DNA of 56,427 nt, taken from the IMG/VR virus record IMGVR_UViG_3300005529_000043, positions 1 through 56,427 of that record; one strand, written 5' to 3'. The notes beneath the pieces were generated by a model that searched no databases, was not told the DNA's origin, and worked only from the letters and a program-made list of their open reading frames with translations. The DNA is from a virus (lineage: Duplodnaviria; Caudoviricetes). Of this stretch, positions 48,282 through 56,427 are shown piece by piece; position 1 is the first letter of the stretch, and every line of letters begins with the position of its first letter. Position numbers and translations under genes: made by a program.

Positions 48282-48545
48282 TCAATAGTCATGTCCACCC
48301 TCCTCCGGGGCTCGAAGCTCGATCTCCGCGCCGTCGTCGTAAACGGTGATGTGGAGAGTCGTCCCCATGACCCTGATCTTGCTGAGGTCGGACGTCGTTA
48401 GCCGCATCCTGCGGCCGGGCTCTCTGAGTAAGAGCGTTTGCAGTGCCGTCGAGACGAGTAGCGCCGCCTCGCTTTGGATCGGCACGACATAATGTTCCTC
48501 TTCTTCGTCCGGCTGCAACGGTAAGTCGTTGTCGTTTTCTGTCAT
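48282..48545 (-). CDS. Small hypothetical protein
   Basis: Start re-called at ATG 48545 (ATGA overlap). Confidence 0.45.
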   Translation of the reverse strand: MTENDNDLPLQPDEEEEHYVVPIQSEAALLVSTALQTLLLREPGRRMRLTTSDLSKIRVMGTTLHITVYDDGAEIELRAPEEGGHDY

Positions 48546-48829
48546 TGTTGTTGTGAGATAGTTACCGCAAGGCAGTCGATAGTGAAGAGTAGTAGCTTCG
48601 TCACCCAGTCGGGCGGCTTCGTGCTCCACTTACCTCCGGGCTCGAGGTTGCGGCGAAGCACGCTCACAACGCGCGGCACGTCGGCCGCGGGGATGGCTTT
48701 CACCGGCTCGTCGTGGGGCGCGGGGGCTACGCTTGGGCTGCTCGCTGGGCGAGTCTCTGGCGCGTTCGCCACGCTAAGGGTGTTGGGCTCTACCCACTCG
48801 ATTTGCGGTGTGATTTTTCTTCTGGGCAT
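48542..48829 (-). CDS. Small hypothetical protein
   Basis: TAATG overlap with dnaB. Confidence 0.5.
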   Translation of the reverse strand: MPRRKITPQIEWVEPNTLSVANAPETRPASSPSVAPAPHDEPVKAIPAADVPRVVSVLRRNLEPGGKWSTKPPDWVTKLLLFTIDCLAVTISQQQ

Positions 48830-50217
48830 TAGATAAGAGCTCCGCTGATGAATTTAGATAAGCACTTGACGAACCGCACGTCCACCATCACGTTCGCTTC
48901 TCCGTTGCGTTGCTTGGCGACGATAAGCTTGTAAGGCTCCCCCAGCTTGCCGAAGTTTTGGCCGCTCACGGGATTCGGGTTCCACGGGAAGAGAACGACG
49001 TCGGCGTCCTGCTCAATGTTACCGCTCTCGCGCAGGTCGCTTAGCTGCGGTCGCGCAGCTTGCTTCTCCTCGCCTTTCGCTCCGCCGCGGCTTTCGATCC
49101 CGCGGTTGAGCTGGCTGAGCGCGATAACGGGGACGTCGAGTTCTTTCGCGACGGCCTTCAGGCTCCCCGTAATGAATCCCACTTCGCGATCGCGAGAGGG
49201 CTGTCGAACTCCGCACTGCATGAGCTGGAGATAGTCGACGACGAGAAGTTCCACCCCGTATCGGCGCACCATTTCGGTCGCCTTGGACCGGAACTCCATT
49301 GGTGTGATCGCCGGCGTTTCGTCAATATAGATGGGGAGCGCTTCGAGTTGGTCTACGGCTTCGTAGAACCGCGTGAACTCGTCCTGCTCGAACCGGAGCT
49401 TATTGATTAGCTTCGAGTCGATCTCCGACAAGTTCGCGAGCATTCGAACGACGAGGCTGAATGCGCTCATTTCGAGACTAAAGAATCCGACGGGGCTGCG
49501 GTTGAGGGCGGCGGCAAGCGTCTCGTGAATTGCGAGTGCCGTTTTGCCTTGAGAAGGCCGCGCGGCAAGGATAATGAGATCGCTTTTCTGCCACCCGTCC
49601 GTATAAGCGTCCAGGTCGGACAGTCCCGAAGTGATGCCGTAGATGCCGGGGGCGCTCGACTGGGCGTTAAGCCTGGCGCTGGCCGTCTCGAGGGCTTCCG
49701 TCATGGAGAGTATATGCGCCTTACGCTGGCCGGCCGTGCGAAGAGTGAGTAGTTCTTCGCCTTTTGCCTCCAGGAGCGTAAGCGTATCGACCCGTCCACG
49801 CGAAAGCCCCTCTTGCAGGTCCTCGCCAATACGAATCGCCTCGCGGCCAACGTACTTATCGAGAATGATGGCGCAGTGCGCGCCCACGCCTTCGTGACCT
49901 GCAACGGCGCCGGTGAGCTCGATGAGGTACGCGTCGCCGCCCACCGTGTCGAGTTCCCCTTTACGCTCGAGCCGGTTGCGGACGGTGAGGGAATCGACTA
50001 CCTCTCCCTCCGCATACAGCTCCGCCGCAGCAGCATAGATGGTGGCGTGGGACGCGAGGAAGAAAGGGTTCCGCTCGACCGCGCGGGTGCCGATCGTTCG
50101 GATGACCTGTTCCAACGAGTCCCGGCTCGTCATCATCGCGCCCAGGACGCTTTGCTCCGCGCGAGTGTCGTGCGGGGGAAGTCTCGCGGGCGTTGTTTGC
50201 TTGGTCTCTTCGGGCAT
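48829..50217 (-). CDS. dnaB: Replicative DNA helicase
   Basis: PPHD..AEQSVLG, AARPSQGKT, FSLEMS, VDYLQL, LSQLNR, DLRESGNIEQDAD. Confidence 0.97.
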   Translation of the reverse strand: MPEETKQTTPARLPPHDTRAEQSVLGAMMTSRDSLEQVIRTIGTRAVERNPFFLASHATIYAAAAELYAEGEVVDSLTVRNRLERKGELDTVGGDAYLIELTGAVAGHEGVGAHCAIILDKYVGREAIRIGEDLQEGLSRGRVDTLTLLEAKGEELLTLRTAGQRKAHILSMTEALETASARLNAQSSAPGIYGITSGLSDLDAYTDGWQKSDLIILAARPSQGKTALAIHETLAAALNRSPVGFFSLEMSAFSLVVRMLANLSEIDSKLINKLRFEQDEFTRFYEAVDQLEALPIYIDETPAITPMEFRSKATEMVRRYGVELLVVDYLQLMQCGVRQPSRDREVGFITGSLKAVAKELDVPVIALSQLNRGIESRGGAKGEEKQAARPQLSDLRESGNIEQDADVVLFPWNPNPVSGQNFGKLGEPYKLIVAKQRNGEANVMVDVRFVKCLSKFISGALI

Positions 50218-50226
50218 GAAGCGCGC

Positions 50227-50718
50227 TTACATTGTAATTGTGCCAGGCGGCCAGGCTCCAATCCCGATCGGAGCGGGTAGGGGAGTTCCCCACGGATAGG
50301 GGTAGTCCTTCCCGCAACCGAAGCCACAGGCGCACCGGCAATCCTTCTTCGCGAGCTCGAGCCCGAGCTTCGCGAGTATGTCGATGATGCTGTCGTATTG
50401 ACGCTTCACATCTTCGATCTCCTCGCGCCGGGACCCGTTTACGACCTCGACCGTCGTTCCGCCTGGCTCGTCGATGTGGAATTCGAAGGCGAGCCGCGGG
50501 TTACCGAGTCGCACGATCGTTCCGTTGGGAACTACGAGTGTCCTCGACAGGTCAGCATACACCGTCGAATGCCTTTCTTTACCGATAGAATACTCCACAA
50601 AGAAACGCTCGTTATTAATATCGACGTAGGCGCCGTCAAGGAACGATCCGACGATGTCATAAAGCGTGCGCGCGGGCTCTTTCGGCTTTACGCTCTTCAT
50701 GGTCTTTGATTCTGGCAT
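50227..50718 (-). CDS. Hypothetical protein (start uncertain)
   Basis: ORF in operon orientation. Confidence 0.4.
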   Translation of the reverse strand: MPESKTMKSVKPKEPARTLYDIVGSFLDGAYVDINNERFFVEYSIGKERHSTVYADLSRTLVVPNGTIVRLGNPRLAFEFHIDEPGGTTVEVVNGSRREEIEDVKRQYDSIIDILAKLGLELAKKDCRCACGFGCGKDYPYPWGTPLPAPIGIGAWPPGTITM

Positions 50719-50953
50719 AAGCAGCTTCCGCTTCTTGGACCGCCGCTTCGAAGGAAGGGCAGCGTTCATACGTGTTGATGTCGCGATCGCTGGAGGCGAT
50801 GACGCTCCAGGTCCAGCGAGCTTTAACGTGGTCGCACATAACGCTCGCGACGGCGTTGTCCTCTTTATCGAGGCCCTGCCACCGTTCGAAGAGGTGACGT
50901 TCCGCCGCGTGAGCGCCAGGAATGCGCTCCCACCGTAGTAGTGTGTTCTCCAC
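50657..50953 (-). CDS. Hypothetical protein
   Basis: ORF in operon orientation. Confidence 0.45.
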   Translation of the reverse strand: MENTLLRWERIPGAHAAERHLFERWQGLDKEDNAVASVMCDHVKARWTWSVIASSDRDINTYERCPSFEAAVQEAEAAYARIKDHEERKAERARAHAL

Positions 50954-51023
50954 AAATAATTATTTGGGAGAGAGGGCGCAAGCGTAGGTCGTCTGCCTTG
51001 CGCCGTTTCTCGCGTGGGAATGT

Positions 51024-51314
51024 TCAGACGGAGGCGTTCGCGGGAGCCGGGGCGGTCGTGCTTGGCGCTGGCGCTGGGGTCGCGACCGGCGCGGTGGTCG
51101 ACGCCGTGGCCGCGGGGGCGGCCGGCTCCGTTACGGCGATCGGGGAACCCGAGGGCGTGGGGTCGCCCTCTTCGTCGTCGTAGTAGTAGCTGTCATCCTC
51201 TTCTTCGAGGGACTTCCACCACGCTTTGATTTTATCCCAGTTCTTGTCGGCATAAACCGCGCCGGCGACGAGTGCGGCGAGCGCGAAGAGGACTATGACT
51301 TGTGCTGTTGACAT
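51024..51314 (-). CDS. Small membrane protein with Ala/Pro/Thr tail
   Basis: N-terminal TM segment. Confidence 0.55.
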   Translation of the reverse strand: MSTAQVIVLFALAALVAGAVYADKNWDKIKAWWKSLEEEDDSYYYDDEEGDPTPSGSPIAVTEPAAPAATASTTAPVATPAPAPSTTAPAPANASV

Positions 51315-51763
51315 TGTGTTAATTCGTAATTAAGGAGTAAGAGTGCGTCGCAAGTCTTGAGCGTGATCTGTTTCGCGAGTTCGGGATAGAGCGATAAGGC
51401 TCTCTCTTTTAGCTCGCGTTTTCGTTCCTGGCCCTTCGACGTAATGCCGAGTGACTTCTGCCAGACCTGCGGGCGATAATGCGTTAATGGTATTTGGCGC
51501 TCGATAACCGCTCCGCGCAGAAAGCCGTAGCCTCTGCCGAAGTTAAAGAGCCGCTGCCCTTTGAGGGGATCGCCAGGACCGAGCGAGCCGACATGCTCGA
51601 TAACGGCCCGGACGCTCTGCTCGCGGGGCGCGATGCTGTCGATGAGTTTGACCGTGCGGAATTCGTTTTCCGGCATCGGATACAGGCGAATGCCTTCGGA
51701 ATCTTTTACCGCGAATCCTCCGCTGCGGCCGGGATCGATAGCAATGATAATTTCTTCCGGCAC
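51293..51763 (-). CDS. RuvC-like Holliday junction resolvase
   Basis: IAIDPGRSGG, VIEHV, FNFGRGYG, PQVWQK, DALLL; start re-called at GTG 51763. Confidence 0.88.
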   Translation of the reverse strand: MPEEIIIAIDPGRSGGFAVKDSEGIRLYPMPENEFRTVKLIDSIAPREQSVRAVIEHVGSLGPGDPLKGQRLFNFGRGYGFLRGAVIERQIPLTHYRPQVWQKSLGITSKGQERKRELKERALSLYPELAKQITLKTCDALLLLNYELTQCQQHKS

Positions 51764-52142
51764 TACGCTTCCTCGATGTAGGGGAGACGTAGCCGGTGAC
51801 GTTGGGCGATCTCGATAAGGCAGGCTTCGATCTCCGCGTAGAAATCGGCGTCGGGGTTCATCGCGGCGAAGTCGTGGGCCCACTGGAGACTCTCGAGGAG
51901 CTGACCCGAAACGTTACTGAAGTGCTCAGCGACGCGTGGGTAGTGTGTGAGAATCCCCCGGGGACCGCGATCTTCCGGTTCTCCATCGACTCGTCGTATA
52001 GCCGGTCGGGAATCAGAAGGCCGATCGCGCAGCGCGTATCGTTCGCGCCGCGAAGAAAGCAGACGCCCTGCGCCATCCCCGGCTCATTCCGTTCGACGAC
52101 GAAATGACGCCAGACTTGCTCGAAGACGTGTTGGTTAGTCAT
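51763..52142 (-). pseudogene. Frameshifted paralog of the adjacent 52139-52693 gene
   Basis: ..RCAIGLLIPD..MENRKIA then -1 frame GILTHYP..LESLQWAHD..FYAEIEACLIEIAQRHRL, stop at 51763-51765. Confidence 0.75.
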
Positions 52143-52693
52143 ACGGGAACCGTCCTGGGAATAGAAAGACCGAATTGCCGTGAGATTTTGAGGAGAGAGC
52201 GTTCGATCTCCGCGTGGAAATCGGTTCCATCCTGCGCCCAGCGGATCGCCGCGTCGCTATGCGCGCCCTGGAGCGCGGAGAGTAGCTTCGGCGGGATGCG
52301 CGAGAAGTATCTCCAGACGTCCGGGTAACGTTTTACGACCTGCATGATCGGACAACCTTCCATCCATACGTCGTAAAGATCGTCCGGAAGAAGGAGTCCG
52401 ATCGCACACCGCAATCCGCCCTCGCCTCGGTAATTCGAGAAGCCGTTCTCGTTCATACCGCCCGGTTTTCGCTCCAGGACGAAATGTGTCCAGATGCGAT
52501 CGAACGCCATTTGCGGCGTCGGGCCTTGCGGTACGCTCGGCCGTTTCTGCGTGCGGCGAGGCTGGGGGTTGGGACGAAGTGGAAGACGCCTCGTGTCGGC
52601 CGGCGACCCCGCCAGATGGCGGAGCGCACCGGCGAACGGGCGTTGGGTGAGTGGCGCTTTGTTCATTTCAGAACGCGAGGTCGTCTGAGGCAC
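52139..52693 (-). CDS. Conserved phage hypothetical protein
   Basis: Q..FD....H..YRG..GLRCAIGLL..LQGAH motif. Confidence 0.65.
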   Translation of the reverse strand: MPQTTSRSEMNKAPLTQRPFAGALRHLAGSPADTRRLPLRPNPQPRRTQKRPSVPQGPTPQMAFDRIWTHFVLERKPGGMNENGFSNYRGEGGLRCAIGLLLPDDLYDVWMEGCPIMQVVKRYPDVWRYFSRIPPKLLSALQGAHSDAAIRWAQDGTDFHAEIERSLLKISRQFGLSIPRTVPV

Positions 52694-53117
52694 TCGCTAA
52701 CGCCTGCGCCTGGCTGGCGGCGCGTTCCGCCTCTTCGCGTGGAATATAGGTCTGGATTTTGTTCCGGACCTCGCCGTTATACTCTTCGTGGATGATCTTG
52801 ACCTGCGTCGAGCAGTTGAGAATCTCGTCGATCTCGAACTGGCCTGCCTCGTAATCGAGACCGACCGACTGGACGAAGTCTTTGAGACGCCATGCCGTCT
52901 TTTCGTTGGTGAGGAGCACGTTGTCGAAGATCGTCGTTTCGAAATCAGGACCAAAGACTTTCACTTTGACCTTGAGCATCGGGTCGTTCGCTTTCGATTT
53001 CGTGAGCTCCGCACTTACGACGACGCCGTCATAAATTGCGAACTTCTTCCCCTCCAGGAGGGGCAATAGGAAGTTACCCCGCGCTTCCACGGGTGGGTTC
53101 TTATATGTTACTGTCAT
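52668..53117 (-). CDS. DUF669-like single-stranded DNA-binding protein
   Basis: SKANDPMLKV..IFDN..AWRL..HEEYNGEVRNKI; acidic DDLAF tail; next to Sak4. Confidence 0.8.
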   Translation of the reverse strand: MTVTYKNPPVEARGNFLLPLLEGKKFAIYDGVVVSAELTKSKANDPMLKVKVKVFGPDFETTIFDNVLLTNEKTAWRLKDFVQSVGLDYEAGQFEIDEILNCSTQVKIIHEEYNGEVRNKIQTYIPREEAERAASQAQALASASDDLAF

Positions 53118-53127
53118 AGGAATTTAT

Positions 53128-54051
53128 TTAAAGAGCGTTGACCTTGGCCCGGAGCTCTGTATCGAGCTTCGCGACCCAGGTGTCCATTGTGACCGTGGAG
53201 ACTTGGGAATAGTCGTCGGCGTTCACGCTCCGAAGCGCTTTCGCACGACGCTGGTCTTTTTCGGCCGGTGAAATAGTTTCAAGGAGATATTCGAATCTCG
53301 CGACTTGCTCCTGCGAGCACGGGTGGAAGAGCTCCGTAGCGCGCGTGATCGTATCGAAGCCGATCCGCTTGCCGAACTCCTCATAGCTCCACTCGAAGGG
53401 CTGGAGTTGCGGGAACGCTTCCAGGCGCGACTTGATCGGTAACGCCTGGCGTTTCTCGCGGCTAAGCTGTTTGATCTGTAAAATCAAGTGGAGGTCGTGC
53501 ATCGCTTCGATCGGCACGTCCGCGGTTTTACCGGAGCGCTCGCCGCCGACGTATTCGTCCTTCTCGTAGCAGATAAGGAACGTATTCATATCGAGCCGCG
53601 GATGAATCCAGTCGAGTAGCTTTCGGAGCTTACTCAATACCGGCTTCTTCTCGGCGCCATAGGCCGGGTCCTTACCCGTGGCCTTGATAATGTTTTCGCG
53701 CTCTTTCCGAATCTCCAGGTTCAGGAGCTTCGTGAGGGAGTCGATAACTAAGGTCTGATAGGGATGTTCTTCGGTCGCGAGCCCCTCGACCTGGTCGATA
53801 ACGCTGTCTAAGTCGCGACTGCCGTGATCCGGACCGACATACGTTCCGCCGGACTCTTCCAGCAGCTTCATATAATGGCTCAGATCGGCGCCGCCTTCGA
53901 CATCGATATAATAGACCTTCGGGAATTTAAGAGCGGTCCAGGTCTTGCCCACTCCGTACGCTCCGAAGAGGACGACTTTCGGTTTACTGGGACGCGTCTG
54001 GGATGGGGCGATCCCCTTTAGCTTCGAGGCTTTCGTTGTTGCTTTTGCCAA
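53128..54051 (-). CDS. Sak4-like AAA ATPase (single-strand annealing recombinase)
   Basis: LFGAYGVGKT, IDVEGG, TLVIDSLT. Confidence 0.85.
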   Translation of the reverse strand: MAKATTKASKLKGIAPSQTRPSKPKVVLFGAYGVGKTWTALKFPKVYYIDVEGGADLSHYMKLLEESGGTYVGPDHGSRDLDSVIDQVEGLATEEHPYQTLVIDSLTKLLNLEIRKERENIIKATGKDPAYGAEKKPVLSKLRKLLDWIHPRLDMNTFLICYEKDEYVGGERSGKTADVPIEAMHDLHLILQIKQLSREKRQALPIKSRLEAFPQLQPFEWSYEEFGKRIGFDTITRATELFHPCSQEQVARFEYLLETISPAEKDQRRAKALRSVNADDYSQVSTVTMDTWVAKLDTELRAKVNAL

Positions 54052-54055
54052 TTAC

Positions 54056-54289
54056 TCATAGGTTTGGTAATCGTTTCTGATGAGGCACTACCGTTACTTG
54101 CGTAATCTGGTATAGTGCATGCGCGAGTTGCTCCGCGCCAATGAGGCGGCGTTCAAAACTCCAGCACAGGGAATGAAGCGCCATATCGCGCCTTGCGCTC
54201 ACTCGCGCCGCAGCTTCCGCCGCTAAAAACCGCAGTTCCGCGCGGCGTTGCGATCGTCGGCGAAGAAAGAGCTTAGAAATAAAAGTCAC
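54056..54289 (-). CDS. Small hypothetical protein
   Basis: ATGA overlap. Confidence 0.5.
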   Translation of the reverse strand: MTFISKLFLRRRSQRRAELRFLAAEAAARVSARRDMALHSLCWSFERRLIGAEQLAHALYQITQVTVVPHQKRLPNL

Positions 54290-54597
54290 GCATGGAATAA
54301 GCTGAATTGCGTGGAGAAGTTAGGACGTGCGGCCGCGAGCGTTTCCGCCCGCGCCCGAATGTCTCGAGCCCTGTTGAGAAGGCTCTGGCCCCGCTTTCGC
54401 ATCGTCTCGGAGTGTGCCACCATCTCCTCGGCGCTTTGGGCGCAGACAAAGCCCTTCGACGTTCCGACGACGGGATACCCTTCGTCGGCGAGCTCGTTAA
54501 TCGCTCGCACGATCTCTCGCCTCGAAGCCGCCAGCTCACGCTCCAGCGTCTTGATGGATTTAGGAGCGTTGAGTAGCTGTAAAAGGGCGTGCTTCAT
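54286..54597 (-). CDS. Winged HTH protein
   Basis: Start re-called at ATG 54597; SRREIVRAINELADEGYPV..KGF. Confidence 0.7.
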   Translation of the reverse strand: MKHALLQLLNAPKSIKTLERELAASRREIVRAINELADEGYPVVGTSKGFVCAQSAEEMVAHSETMRKRGQSLLNRARDIRARAETLAAARPNFSTQFSLFHA

Positions 54598-54795
54598 AGA
54601 GAGAGACAGAGAGGAGCGCATCGTAAGTTTAGGGACCGTTCCGTAGGCGCCGCTCGCGTGAAGTTCCGTTAAAGTGTGCCGAACCGTTGCGAGGGGTGGC
54701 GGACGAACCGATGCCACGCCTTCCGCGTTACGACCCACGCGGATACGTTTAAACGCATAATCGCTCATGCGGCATGATCGCTCATGCGATTGTAA

Positions 54796-55044
54796 CTATT
54801 CTTTGGGCAGCCTGCCGGTCCTCGTTGCCCACCGGCACACATCGTCCTCCGTGAATCGCGGAGGGCCAAGTGTGCTCCCGTTCGCTACCAACAAGCCATA
54901 GCACTTCTCGTTACGAAGTGTAGAGACTTTGAGCCGGAAGAATGCCGCGATCTCGGCATACGTCACGACTCCGGGGTAGAGCTCCCGCCAGCGTGCGCGA
55001 AAACGCTGCTGGCGAGGTGTGAGAGTTGGGGCAGATTGTGACAT
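54796..55044 (-). CDS. Cro/excisionase-like HTH protein
   Basis: TYAEIAAFFRLKVSTLRN..PRFTEDDV..W; divergent from repressor. Confidence 0.65.
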   Translation of the reverse strand: MSQSAPTLTPRQQRFRARWRELYPGVVTYAEIAAFFRLKVSTLRNEKCYGLLVANGSTLGPPRFTEDDVCRWATRTGRLPKE

Positions 55045-55077
55045 GCAAAAGAGCCTAAAAATCAATTACATTAATAC

Positions 55078-55157
55078 AACTCAGAACCACTCAGGCATAG
55101 TTCGCAAGAATTATGAATTCCTTGATTCTTCTTATTTTTCACGAACTTACCCTGAGC
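55078..55157. promoter_or_regulatory. Immunity-switch operator region
   Basis: AACTCAGAACCACTCAG..TTATGAATTC..CCTGAG between divergent HTH genes. Confidence 0.6.
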
Positions 55158-55205
55158 TACGCGGCGTTACTCTATCCTCACACACCTTCAATCCGACTTT
55201 AACTT

Positions 55206-55631
55206 ATGGAAAAAACATTTGCCGAGTTGCTCTCCCATTGGATGGAAGAGCGGGGCATGGGAAATACAGATCTTGCCCGAGCAGCCTCAGAAGGCCAGCC
55301 GGACGGGTTCGCTATCTCCAATTCTGGCATCAGCCGTATCGTAAAGGCATTCCGGGAAGGTCCCAACAGCAAGGGCGCCATTGTTCACCCACATCCCAAA
55401 ACCAAAGCGCGCTTAATCGCTGCGTTAGGACTCACGAATGAGGAGTTCTATAAAGATGCACCTCGTTTTCGGAGCGCGACACCTCTCGTGGGCACGAAGC
55501 CCGAACCCATAGATATTGAATACGCGCTACGGAATGGCGCAACCTTCGGTGGTATTCCACTGACGGAAGCCGAACGCCGCGCTCTTTTATCTGTCGTCGA
55601 AGTGCTGGGGCAAAGCCGCCGTAGCGGATGA
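55206..55631 (+). CDS. CI-like repressor (XRE HTH)
   Basis: TFAELL..MEERGMGNTDLARA..ISNSGISRI..LIAALG; divergent layout next to integrase. Confidence 0.7.
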   Translation: MEKTFAELLSHWMEERGMGNTDLARAASEGQPDGFAISNSGISRIVKAFREGPNSKGAIVHPHPKTKARLIAALGLTNEEFYKDAPRFRSATPLVGTKPEPIDIEYALRNGATFGGIPLTEAERRALLSVVEVLGQSRRSG

Positions 55632-55857
55632 TTCCCAGACCCTCGCCGTTGTTTTTTATATACCTAAACGACTCTATAACTCGCAGTACCCAAAGCTTCT
55701 GCCATGATAGATTTGCCAAAAACTGACATCCGCGCCTTGCTTGCTCAGGGTGCGGTTGTGTGGGGTCCCGACGGGACGCCTACGCCGCCTTTCCTCCTGG
55801 AGCGACTGGAGGAAAGCCTTCACTACTTTGAGCTTTTTCAACCAATCCTAAACGACA

Positions 55858-56427
55858 ATGGAAAAAAAGAAAAGGAGGACGTCCACCGGAATCAGGCCAC
55901 TCGGTAACGGTGAGTTCCGGGCCCGCAAGGGCGTGGGGCCTCGTGGGCAACAAAAGCAGCTTTACTTTCGCGGGACGATGAACGAGTGCCGCGCATGGTG
56001 GGCTGAAATGACGCGTCGGATCGAAGGCGGTTTGCCGCTCTTCGCGCCGATCGATGGGCTGTCGTGGCCCACGAAACACGCCGACGCCGAGTCCGAGGGT
56101 GACCGTCACATCCACTCCGGGACTACGCTCTACCAACTCGCAGAGGATTACCGCAAGCATCCCGATCTATATGTGTCGCGCGCCCGCTCGACAAAAACCG
56201 AGATCGACTATGCGTTCCGCGTTTTCCTGGACTGGTGCGACCGGAACGGGATTCGTTCCATCGACGAAATGCAGGCGCGTGGGGAAGATTTTTACGCGTG
56301 GATGGTCGGCGCCTTCGGAGAAAAAGAATACGCGATCGTGAACGTGATGAAGCGCGTGAAAAAGCTCTTCAAGTTCGCGCTCGCAAAGCGCCGTCGCGAC
56401 CCCTCGTATTGCTCGCTGCAATTTAAC
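55858..56427 (+). CDS. Probable tyrosine integrase, N-terminal part (runs off right edge)
   Basis: Open from ATG 55858 to end; arm-binding-like N-terminus then core-binding-like TLYQLAEDY..STKTEIDYAFRVFLDW..VKKLFKFA; catalytic domain not in window. Confidence 0.6.
   Translation, partial: MEKKKRRTSTGIRPLGNGEFRARKGVGPRGQQKQLYFRGTMNECRAWWAEMTRRIEGGLPLFAPIDGLSWPTKHADAESEGDRHIHSGTTLYQLAEDYRKHPDLYVSRARSTKTEIDYAFRVFLDWCDRNGIRSIDEMQARGEDFYAWMVGAFGEKEYAIVNVMKRVKKLFKFALAKRRRDPSYCSLQFN

Larger units (their letters stand above)
1..56427. mobile_element. Temperate phage/prophage, incomplete at both window edges
   Basis: Terminase, portal, capsid, DnaB, primase, Sak4, RuvC-like, repressor-like HTH and integrase N-terminus in modular order; no host housekeeping genes. 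Confidence 0.93.

Noticed and set aside
54760-54788. 12-bp direct repeat ATCGCTCATGCG
   Set aside because: Only two copies with no other support; may be a chance local duplication
21954-55857. Repeated motif as a CRISPR array or att site
   Set aside because: Only 10-13 nt, irregularly dispersed, tied to start codons; no cas genes
55704-55907. 67-aa ORF between repressor and integrase
   Set aside because: Overlaps the integrase start and its motif; no recognisable features, so left uncalled
1-56427. Diversity-generating retroelement or retron
   Set aside because: No reverse transcriptase motifs and no TR/VR pair noticed
1-56427. Apparent abundance of CGATCG/TCGA words (HIP1-like)
   Set aside because: Cannot be quantified by eye; may reflect codon usage; needs Markov-model k-mer statistics

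Overview
The whole window reads as a large temperate phage or prophage (podovirus-like morphogenesis genes), cut at both edges. Leftward late module (1-18.7 kb): partial tail nozzle-like gene, five tandem adaptor/ring-like genes, major capsid, scaffold, P22-like portal, an initiator-type tRNA-Met, and terminase. Rightward module (18.9-33.5 kb): HNH nuclease, DnaQ exonuclease, HD protein, replication initiator, amidoligase plus class II GATase, and many small genes. An inverted 8.3 kb cargo of two secreted proteins with T9SS-like C-termini (33.6-41.9 kb) suggests an FCB-group host. Leftward replication/recombination module (44.6-55 kb): primase, nucleotide pyrophosphohydrolases, DnaB, RuvC-like resolvase, Sak4/SSB. 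A cI/cro-like switch and a partial integrase close the window. The most unusual signal is non-coding. Eight degenerate tRNA-like elements (acceptor stem plus T-arm, anticodon arm missing or remodelled) punctuate the rightward operon. A motif, (A)ACCTAAACGACA, recurs about 11 times, mostly 0-5 nt before start codons and often directly after a tRNA-like element. Together these suggest an RNA-processing/translation-initiation system. All protein calls come from motif recognition by eye; no database searches or folding programs were run.
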